Assembly: GCA_051251855.1 (NCBI GenBank)
Contig: JBPOGI010000001.1
Coordinates: 608,001 to 672,000 of the forward strand
Length of the DNA: 64,000 nt
From: Roseibacillus sp.
GTDB lineage: Bacteria > Verrucomicrobiota > Verrucomicrobiia > Verrucomicrobiales > Akkermansiaceae
Direction of reading: 5' to 3'
How positions within the stretch are numbered: position 1 is the first letter of the stretch; every line of letters begins with the position of its first letter. The position numbers and the translations under genes are program-made. The notes under the pieces were generated by a model, which saw only the letters and a list, made by a program, of their open reading frames with translations, made no database searches and had not been told where the DNA came from. Below, piece after piece: positions 28,536 to 36,382 of the stretch.

Positions 28536-30241
28536 GGTGAGTTGGGGAATTTGTGGTCAGTGAGGGTATTGAGAAAAGCGAGGAGATCGGCCTTGTCTTC
28601 GTCGTCGAGGTCAAGTCCGGTCTGGGGGTGCTTTGCGAGGTTGGGGTCGAGGGTGGGAGAGCGTTTGATGCCGGAGTTATAGTGCTCAATGACTTCTTCC
28701 AGAGTCTTAAAACGGCCGTCGTGCATGTAGGGCGCAGTGAGGGTGAGGTTGCGTAAGGAAGGCACTTTGAGCTTGCCGCGATCGTTAGGGTCTCCAGTGA
28801 CCAGTTCGCGGCCTAGGTCCTTGAAAGTGTTCGAAAGGCCGTTGTTGTGGAATCCATGATTGGTAAAGAGAGAGCCACCGTGGCAGTGGAAGCAATCCGC
28901 TCCTTTGAGGCCGTTTGCAGGGTCATGCTCGGTCACGAAGAGTTCGAAGCCGCGCTTTTCTTGTTCGGTGAATTCGACCTCGCCTCGCATCGCTTGGTCG
29001 AAACGGGCTTCCTGCGAAACCAAGGAAAGGAGGTATTGCTCGAGAGCTTTGGCGAGGTGATCCGAGGAGGCTTCCGCGATTCTAAAAACAGTTTCGAATT
29101 GTTGTTGGTAGTGACTATCGCTGTTGATGCGAGTCAGGGCTTCCTCGAGAGGAAGAGCCAGTTCGTCAGGATGCTCGATGGGGTGGAGGACTTGTTCCCG
29201 TAGAGTGGTCGCGCGGCCGTCCCAGAACATTTCTTTGTGCCAAGCGAGATTGAAAAGAGGCATTGAGTTACGAGAGCTCTTTCCACCGAGATGTCCGACG
29301 GAAAAGGCTTTGCCGGTATCAGAGAAGGCGGCTTCTGGTTGATGGCAACTGGCGCAAGAGAGGTTACGATCGTGAGAGAGGGTGGTGTCAAAAAAGAGCT
29401 TCTTGCCCAGGGCGATTCCTTCGGCTGTGAGGGGGTTATCAGCAGGGAAAGCTGGCTTGGGAAAGTGGCTTTGAATCAACGGCTGACCCGAGGAGGCTGA
29501 AGGCGACTCTAGGTCTGCGCCCGTGGTGGGAGGGTGGAAGACACCAGAGTGAATTTTCTCTACGGAGAAGCTTTTGGCTAAAGCTTCGGACATCAGTTTG
29601 GCGACGGGATCTCCGGTACGGGAATGAGTGGAAGTGGTCGCCCGAATATCAAGGTTTGAGCCTCCTAAGAGAGGGGAGAGGTCGAAGCGGAGAGAAATCG
29701 TGCGTGCACTTTGCGCAGACAGCGAGAGAGGGAGGGTGATGGTGGTGGCGTTCTCGTCATTGCCCAAATGATAGAGGAAGCCAAGGTCGCTCTCGCTGTG
29801 ACCTTCGACGGCGCAGAAAATGTAGCCGGTTTGCCAAGTCCAGTGCAGATTGTTGAGTTGGGGATTGAGAGGATGATCGGCTGGGTAACGATTAGGGTCG
29901 GAATGATTACTCTCTGAATCCAAGCCGACCACGAAGCGAATCGCACGATAATCGCCGGTTGGAATTTGACCTAAGGAGAAGTGGGTTCGGTTGTTCGAGT
30001 GAGAGATGAAGGCAACGAGACTGGCGTTGGCTTCCATCCAAGAACCGTCTTTGCGCTGGAGGGCAAATTGAGAGAGAAGGGAGTCGCAGCGAGTGACCTT
30101 GATTCCGTCCACTTCCTCTCCGAGTTGGTAAGAGCGGCCCGAAAGCTCCAGTTCGAAGGTAAGATCACAACGTGTCGTCTGAGCCTGAGCGGGCAGCAGA
30201 AACAGGAGTGGGAACAAAAAATGATGAGCGATCTTCCTCAT
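28532..30241 (-). CDS. MbnP-MbnH fusion: copper-binding WxW domain fused to a di-heme (MauG/bCcP superfamily) enzyme
   Basis: Signal peptide; GLDSESNHSDP, LHWTWQTGYIF, YHLG (MbnP); PADNPLT...LGKKLFFD, SCASCH, FWDGRA, CFHCH, KVPSLRN, PYMHDGRF (MbnH). Confidence 0.88.
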   Translation of the reverse strand: MRKIAHHFLFPLLFLLPAQAQTTRCDLTFELELSGRSYQLGEEVDGIKVTRCDSLLSQFALQRKDGSWMEANASLVAFISHSNNRTHFSLGQIPTGDYRAIRFVVGLDSESNHSDPNRYPADHPLNPQLNNLHWTWQTGYIFCAVEGHSESDLGFLYHLGNDENATTITLPLSLSAQSARTISLRFDLSPLLGGSNLDIRATTSTHSRTGDPVAKLMSEALAKSFSVEKIHSGVFHPPTTGADLESPSASSGQPLIQSHFPKPAFPADNPLTAEGIALGKKLFFDTTLSHDRNLSCASCHQPEAAFSDTGKAFSVGHLGGKSSRNSMPLFNLAWHKEMFWDGRATTLREQVLHPIEHPDELALPLEEALTRINSDSHYQQQFETVFRIAEASSDHLAKALEQYLLSLVSQEARFDQAMRGEVEFTEQEKRGFELFVTEHDPANGLKGADCFHCHGGSLFTNHGFHNNGLSNTFKDLGRELVTGDPNDRGKLKVPSLRNLTLTAPYMHDGRFKTLEEVIEHYNSGIKRSPTLDPNLAKHPQTGLDLDDEDKADLLAFLNTLTDHKFPNSP

Positions 30242-30531
30242 GGGGTGGAAACGAGCGCGCAGACTACTATTTTTTATAAATACGATAAAATATTTTATGA
30301 AAGTTGTTTAATGGGGATGTGGCTTTATATTCTTGCAGTAATCTTATTTTAAGTGGTTTAAGTGGTATTTCGTGTCTGTTTAGTAAGGGTGTTTTCCTGC
30401 TGGTTCCGCAATTTTTTAGTTAGGTTTTATGTAATACCTTGTTTGTTTGATTTTTTGAAGAAGAGAGGTAGATGGCTTTAGGGTGACAGTTCTCTTGGCT
30501 GAAGGAGGGTGCTTTGGCTAGGGTTGCCTTA

Positions 30532-31788
30532 GTGAAAGCTTTAGCCCTGTTCCCAATTCTCTTCTTTTGGTTGTTGAGTGTCCCTCTTTTTGCTGAGCCG
30601 ACGGAGGAACGTGAATGGACCTCGAAAGCAGGAACGAAGTTGGTGGCCTCGGCGCTCGAAATTGATGGCTCGGAAGTGGTTCTGCAACGGGGAACGGGCG
30701 CAACTCTGCGAGTCAAACTGAACCAACTCGTGGCCGAAGATCAGGAGGTTTTGAAAAAGCACTTCTCGGAAGGAGATTCTGAGATTGCGAACGGGAAGAT
30801 GGAGGGCTTGCCTCATCCGCAGGGGGAGGTCGTGGGGCCGATTCAGGCGGAAGGAGGGAAGTATTTTCTCTATGTTCCCAAGAATTTGGTGAAGGAGCGA
30901 TTGGCTCCGTTGTTATTTTTTACGGGCGCAGGAGGTGGGTCTGCGGGGAGCGTTAAGCGTTTCACCGAAGGGGCAGAAGTGAATGGTTGGATCGTAGCGG
31001 CTTCAGTGGAGTCGAAAAATGGCAAAGACGGTCGCCCGTTTGTGAAGGCTTGCTTAGAGCATATTCAAGCCACCCTTCCAGTCGACCCCGAGCGGTTGTA
31101 TTTCACGGGGACTTCGGGTGGCGCAGTGTTCTCGATGATCAACTGCGAGACCTACGATGGAGCAGGGGCGATGCCCTTTATCGCGCATGGGGTGATCAAT
31201 ACTTTGCCTTCGAAGAAGGGCCACTACTACTTTGTGAACGGCGCTACCGACTATAACCGCTATGGGTCTTCCTGGATGCGCACGGGTTACAAGGATCATG
31301 CCTTTCATCGCTTCCATAAGGGCGCTCATGGCGCGGGACCTTTTTATCTGGGGCATGATGGGATGGCTTGGCTCAATGGTCAGTATCTTGCAGAGAAGGA
31401 ATCGGACCGGGAATTTGCGCAAGAGCGTCTCGACTACGAAAGAGCCATCTTGGCATGGGCTGGTCGCTTGCAGGCGGACGCGCCTCATAGAGCGCTTATG
31501 CATTTAGATTTTCTGACCGAAGAGTATGAGGTCTCAAGAGAGAATGCTGGCAAGGTCGATGAGTTGAAGCGTGAGCTCTCGGAGAACCCGAACAATGTTC
31601 GTTACGTCGAGGCTCTTAAAGCGATTGACGAGTTCTCGCAGGACGAATTTTCTGGAAAAGGCGGGAGTTCTCTCCACAAGCACACGAGCGACGATATCAA
31701 AAAAGCAGCGTCCAAATTGGAAGCCGAGTATCAGGGAGTTCCCGAGGTGCCCGAGATTCTGAAGAATCTTCCGAAGCCTTCGATTTAG
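30532..31788 (+). CDS. Secreted SHD1 (SLA1 homology)-domain alpha/beta hydrolase
   Basis: Signal peptide, REWTSKAG...LNQLVAEDQE (SHD1-like), YFLYVP, YFTGTSGG nucleophile elbow, KGAHG. Confidence 0.75.
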   Translation: MKALALFPILFFWLLSVPLFAEPTEEREWTSKAGTKLVASALEIDGSEVVLQRGTGATLRVKLNQLVAEDQEVLKKHFSEGDSEIANGKMEGLPHPQGEVVGPIQAEGGKYFLYVPKNLVKERLAPLLFFTGAGGGSAGSVKRFTEGAEVNGWIVAASVESKNGKDGRPFVKACLEHIQATLPVDPERLYFTGTSGGAVFSMINCETYDGAGAMPFIAHGVINTLPSKKGHYYFVNGATDYNRYGSSWMRTGYKDHAFHRFHKGAHGAGPFYLGHDGMAWLNGQYLAEKESDREFAQERLDYERAILAWAGRLQADAPHRALMHLDFLTEEYEVSRENAGKVDELKRELSENPNNVRYVEALKAIDEFSQDEFSGKGGSSLHKHTSDDIKKAASKLEAEYQGVPEVPEILKNLPKPSI

Positions 31789-31952
31789 GGGAGTCTGCCG
31801 ATGGATTCGGTGGGGCCGCTTTCCATGGCTTCCAATGTGGAAGCTAGTTCTTCTCCGGTCGTGGGTTGTTTATGGACGTAGCTAAGACCTTCGTCGTCGT
31901 CGCGCTTGAAGATTGAGGGTGCTTGTTCGGGGCAGAGTCCGCAATCAAGGCA
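31785..31952 (-). pseudogene. Ferredoxin remnant (5'-truncated; last cluster Cys replaced by Gly)
   Basis: CLDCGLC...F...SYVHKQP...AMES-G-PTESIG where CPxxxI is expected; no native N-terminus. Confidence 0.75.
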
Positions 31953-32168
31953 ACTGATAGCTTCGACATGATGGTTCAACTGGTTGAATTGGGAGTGGGG
32001 GTTGCCTTTGTTCCTCGGAGGGCGCTTTCGGCATTTCGACGGGCAGGCAAAGTGGAGCGACTCGATGTCGGTCCTGCGCCCGTTCGTGAGATTGGGGTGC
32101 TCAGCCGCAAAGAACCTCGGCCGTCACGCGTGGTGAGAGAGTTTGTTGATGGGATTCTGTTCTCTTGA
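31953..32168 (+). pseudogene. LysR-type regulator C-terminal remnant
   Basis: DSFDMMVQLVELGVGVAFVPRRA...REIGVL...VREFVD is the end of a LysR substrate-binding domain; no HTH present. Confidence 0.75.
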
Positions 32169-32192
32169 AGGCAAGTGTTCGCTGCCGCGCTA

Positions 32193-34616
32193 CTACTTGT
32201 ATTCGAGGATTGCAGAGGCTTTGGTGTCCTCGTTCGAGACGAAGCGGATCCAGTAGGCTGAGAAAGCCTTGGGGAACGTGTGATCGATGTTTTCGCTGAT
32301 TTGGAAGGTTTGGTAGTTCACCCAATTACCGTCGCCAGTGAGATCCACTTGGGCGGTGATGGTGCAAGGTATACTGGCGGAGAGGGTGAGATGTTTTTCG
32401 TCGTAGGCGGTCATGAGGTAGGGGTCGGAAGGGGCTCCGGCTTTGACGGGGGTCTCTTTCCAAGGTCCGCCTTTTCCTCGTGGTTTTCCTAGCTTCCAGG
32501 TATCGTCGATGGCTCCGGCCCAGAGCGCGGTTTTGCCGTCATCGGACCGGATGAGGTGTGGGTTGTTAGATTGGGTGTCTTCTTTAATGCCACTCAGGAT
32601 GAGGAGGCCGCGATAGGAGCAGAAGTCGTGAATGGCAAGGTTGTGGGTCGCGACGGGACGCACTTTGGTGAAGCCGCCGGCGTTGCGCGCGGGAAGTTCG
32701 TAGAAAGTGCCGCCAGCGTTGAAGAAGTCGCGTTCGGTGGCGACTTCGCGGGCGATGCGGTGATTGCCGAGAGGGTGTTCGTCGAGATTGCTTTTGGGCA
32801 AGCGCCAACGGTTGCCGTCGTCGTCGGTGTAGATGAGGGAGGCTTCATCGACGGTGAGGGGACCTGAGGCGATGGCGGCATTTTTCTTTGTGAAACGATG
32901 GGATGCGGCGTCGTCGATTCTTTTGAGAGCGAGTTTCTCATCGAGTTCGTAGTAACCGAGGTCTTCTCCATTGGAGTCTACTGCAGCGAAGGCGAGAGTT
33001 CGTTTGTCTTTGTCGCGAGCGCGCACGATTCCACCGGTGAGAGAGTCGTCTTTGGTTGCGAGGTCGGCGAAGATGGGGTCGTTTTCGCTGCTGCGGTCGT
33101 CTTTGTTTCGGCAGGTGAAGGCGGCGGTGACGTTCTTGAGATTGGTTTCGGCAACAAGACGAATCCAAGCGAGTTCGGGGTTGCTCATGGAGAAGAAATC
33201 GGTCTTCTTGAACTCAAGGGATTTGAGAATTCGCCACTGGCCGGTTCCTTTTTTGTCGAACTCAAGTCGCACTTTGGCCGTTTCTTCGTTGTCGGTTTTG
33301 AGTTGGAGGGTGTGGAGGTTGTAGCCTGAAGCGAGAAAGGGATCGGAGATGGTGCCAGCTGCTATGTCTTCGTTTTTCCAGACACAACCTCGTCCGATGG
33401 CGGGACCCAGGTTGTCGAGGGTTTCGGGCGCGATGAACCAGAGGTTGGATTGGGACTGAGGGCCCGCGATATGTCCTTTCGCTTTTCGTTTGTTGAGGAA
33501 TTCGCTCTTTGCGGTGTCGTCACAACCCATCACCAAGCGGTCTCCCCAACGGCAGAAGTCGCCGATGACTTTGAGATAGTTGGAACGGGGAGAAATGCCT
33601 CTGGAGTTGGTGGGGGAGAAATCTTTGGGGAACTTCCAAAAGGTGCCGTGCATGGTCATCAGGAGATCTCTTTCGCCAATATCGCGGATGCGTGGCCACT
33701 CGGTGTTCCATCCGTGGGCGCCGTCGTAGGAGTGGGACCCCTTGGGGAGGCGGTAGAAGGACCAGCCTTCTTCGGGAGTGCGCACGCCGAGGAGGAGAGA
33801 TTTATCATCCCAACCTATGGCCCAGATGGGATCGGTTGCGGGATTGGGATTGCCGTGGATTCCTCCTGGACCCGTGATATCGGTGAATTGATTACGGCGA
33901 ATGATGGTCCACTCGTCAGACTTGCCATCCCACTCTGCGAGGACGCCAGAAGGAATGGTGGGTTCTTTCTTGGCTGCTCGAGTTGGTTCGCCGTTGTTAG
34001 AGTAGGTGACCACTCCTTGTCCCGAATACAGTCCCTTACCGTGATAGCCGGGAAGGAGAGAAAGGCGTCTTTCTTCGCTGGAACGGCTCTTTGATTGGTC
34101 GGCGACTTGTTGCTGGTCGTCGGCGAAGAGTTCGGTAGGCTCGAGGGTCTCGACATCAACCTCGTAGAGTCCTTCTTCCATGGTCGCGAAGTAGATTTTC
34201 CCCTCGGGGTCGAAGAGGTGACGCGCGTTTCCGGTATGACGACCGGGCATTTTCTCGTAGGGAATCGCGCGGACACTGCCTTCGGCTGAGATGGCATACG
34301 GCCCCATGAAGAGCTGATTGGACTCTCGGTGAATCATACGATTGGCGGGGGTGCCGCCAAGGGATTCGGGGTGGATGGTTTGGGTCAGGTCCTTGGAAAT
34401 GGAATAAAGTTTGTCGTCGGAACCTTTGGGCCAGTGAGGAGCATAGGTCATCACCCAAAGCTTCTCACCAAAAGGAACAATAGCTCCGGTTCCGCACTCG
34501 GCGTGGGAATTGAACATCGCGAGATGGGGATAGATTCCGGAAAGCTGCACCGGTTCAGCGCAGAGCGGGGAGGTAAGGGTGAGGCTGAGAAGGACTTTTG
34601 AGAGAGAGCTATTCAT
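32193..34616 (-). CDS. Secreted hypothetical protein (807 aa) with internal duplication
   Basis: Signal peptide, long ORF, duplicated GTF...DFC...G-x-G-x-x-WK...SDP[FY]L motifs. Confidence 0.8.
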   Translation of the reverse strand: MNSSLSKVLLSLTLTSPLCAEPVQLSGIYPHLAMFNSHAECGTGAIVPFGEKLWVMTYAPHWPKGSDDKLYSISKDLTQTIHPESLGGTPANRMIHRESNQLFMGPYAISAEGSVRAIPYEKMPGRHTGNARHLFDPEGKIYFATMEEGLYEVDVETLEPTELFADDQQQVADQSKSRSSEERRLSLLPGYHGKGLYSGQGVVTYSNNGEPTRAAKKEPTIPSGVLAEWDGKSDEWTIIRRNQFTDITGPGGIHGNPNPATDPIWAIGWDDKSLLLGVRTPEEGWSFYRLPKGSHSYDGAHGWNTEWPRIRDIGERDLLMTMHGTFWKFPKDFSPTNSRGISPRSNYLKVIGDFCRWGDRLVMGCDDTAKSEFLNKRKAKGHIAGPQSQSNLWFIAPETLDNLGPAIGRGCVWKNEDIAAGTISDPFLASGYNLHTLQLKTDNEETAKVRLEFDKKGTGQWRILKSLEFKKTDFFSMSNPELAWIRLVAETNLKNVTAAFTCRNKDDRSSENDPIFADLATKDDSLTGGIVRARDKDKRTLAFAAVDSNGEDLGYYELDEKLALKRIDDAASHRFTKKNAAIASGPLTVDEASLIYTDDDGNRWRLPKSNLDEHPLGNHRIAREVATERDFFNAGGTFYELPARNAGGFTKVRPVATHNLAIHDFCSYRGLLILSGIKEDTQSNNPHLIRSDDGKTALWAGAIDDTWKLGKPRGKGGPWKETPVKAGAPSDPYLMTAYDEKHLTLSASIPCTITAQVDLTGDGNWVNYQTFQISENIDHTFPKAFSAYWIRFVSNEDTKASAILEYK

Positions 34617-34687
34617 CCGTGTTTTGAAATTACTCTCAAGGGCGCTAATATCTTTCCCGATTGGCTAAGAAAAGTGGTGGGCTTCGA

Positions 34688-36382
34688 TCACTCTTCAGCT
34701 TTGTTTTGCAACATCTCGGTGCGAGCTTGCCGCAGGGGAGGAGAGGCGATGGTGGAGGCCACCTTCAAAGCTTGGGGGAGGTTGGTTGCGGAGAGTTGGT
34801 CGGCGAGCATGTCGAGAGCTCCGTCGCGGGTGGGACCGTCGGGAATGGATAAGACCCAGTTGGAAGTGTCGCCGGGGTCTCTGACATACCAGTTCTCAGT
34901 CACGGCGCGGGCCAGATCAATGCGGAGAAGGCTTTCGGGTTGAGTCATGACCCAGGTGCTGGTGTCTTGGGGAGAGATGCGGGACCAGCCTCGCACCACC
35001 GCGTCGACAGCTAACATTTGGATGTCTTCGTTTTGAAAAGACTGGGCCCAAGAGATGGCCGCTTGAGGGTCTTCTTGTGCGAGGGGGTAGGCGACGGAGT
35101 TAATGGCAGCGGGTTGTTCGGTTTCGGAAAGCTGTGGGACGAAGTTACTTGCCTTCTCAGGCTCGAGGAGGGCCCAGTAGGAGAAGGCGCTTTGCAGGGC
35201 TTCCTGCCGAATGGAGACCTCTTGTGGGAAACTGGCAACCCACTGGACCGCTTCGGCAGGTTGGCTGCGTGCCCACGAAGAGGAGAGCGAGAGCCAGGCC
35301 GCATCTCGGGCTTCAGTTGTGGGTAAGTTTTCGGCCCAAGTGAAGGCTGCTTGCGGGTCTTTGCGTCCGAGATTGTCTGCGAGTTGAGCTGCGGCCAAAT
35401 TGAGGCTTTCTCCTGAGGGGAGTCTGTTCACAAAGTCCATGGCCGCGGCAGGGTCGGTCTCACTCCAGACATCGAGAAGATTGTTCATTGCCAAATCGTG
35501 CAGTCGACCTTCTTCAAACCCTTGCAACCATTCGAGGACCGCATTGGGTTGTTCGACGGCGAGAGCCCGGACGACTTTCAGAACGGTGGCATCGCGGACT
35601 TCTCCTGCTGGGAGTTGACTGACGAACCCACTCGCTTCATGGGGATCGCGTGCGATGAGTTCGCGGATACTCTCTAACAGAATACGATCCATTGCCTTGC
35701 CGGTTAGGTTTTCCTGCGCAAGGAGAAAGGCACTTTCCGGTTCGGTCTTTGCTCGAATGGTCAGGGCGGCTTCAAGGGCGGCCTCATGAGTGTCTTCTCC
35801 TTGGAGGGTTTGGGCCCATTCCCAAGCGGCGGCGAAGTCGTCGCTTGCCCAGCGGGTGACTAGGGCTCGGGTGGCCCGCGTGAGAGCTTCGCCGGGGGGC
35901 ACGAGGGAGAGTAAGGGTTGCGCTTCTGCGATGTCGTCTTCCGCAAATTGTGAAAAGAGAGCACTGTAAAGAATGAGGTCTTCACTCTGGATCGCCATTT
36001 CCTGCGCGAGTCGCAGAGCGCGCTCGGGGTCGGTTTCTGCGATTCCTCCCAAGACGACGAGAAGGCCGGCGGTGTATTCGTTTCCGGGTGGCAGCCCCTT
36101 GAGATAGGCCAGAGCGCCTTCTGGATCTTCTTTAAACCAAGCTCGCAGATTGCGGCCAAATTGCGCCGAACGAACGCCGGGAGCTGGATCTTGGAGAGCT
36201 TCGTTCAGTCTTGTTTCCCAGCCAGCACCTGAGTTCCCTGTGCTCTTGGAGGACTGGGTAGTGGAGGTTGGGTCTTTGGAGGGGTGCTGAGGGGCTGTCT
36301 TCTTCCAAGCAAAGAAGATCACCCCGAGGAATAGCGCTCCGGAGGTGAGCGCTCCAATCCAAGAGCGAGAGACTTTTGGCAT
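34688..36382 (-). CDS. Membrane-anchored alpha-helical repeat protein (DPxxAxxW repeats)
   Basis: N-terminal TM, Ser/Thr linker, many units such as DPQAAFTWAENLP, QPAEAVQWVASFP, DPQAAISWAQSF. Confidence 0.8.
   Translation of the reverse strand: MPKVSRSWIGALTSGALFLGVIFFAWKKTAPQHPSKDPTSTTQSSKSTGNSGAGWETRLNEALQDPAPGVRSAQFGRNLRAWFKEDPEGALAYLKGLPPGNEYTAGLLVVLGGIAETDPERALRLAQEMAIQSEDLILYSALFSQFAEDDIAEAQPLLSLVPPGEALTRATRALVTRWASDDFAAAWEWAQTLQGEDTHEAALEAALTIRAKTEPESAFLLAQENLTGKAMDRILLESIRELIARDPHEASGFVSQLPAGEVRDATVLKVVRALAVEQPNAVLEWLQGFEEGRLHDLAMNNLLDVWSETDPAAAMDFVNRLPSGESLNLAAAQLADNLGRKDPQAAFTWAENLPTTEARDAAWLSLSSSWARSQPAEAVQWVASFPQEVSIRQEALQSAFSYWALLEPEKASNFVPQLSETEQPAAINSVAYPLAQEDPQAAISWAQSFQNEDIQMLAVDAVVRGWSRISPQDTSTWVMTQPESLLRIDLARAVTENWYVRDPGDTSNWVLSIPDGPTRDGALDMLADQLSATNLPQALKVASTIASPPLRQARTEMLQNKAEE

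Noticed and set aside
28532..30241. Methanobactin biosynthetic cluster
   Set aside because: No mbnA precursor, mbnB/mbnC or mbnT in the window; only the MbnP/MbnH module is present
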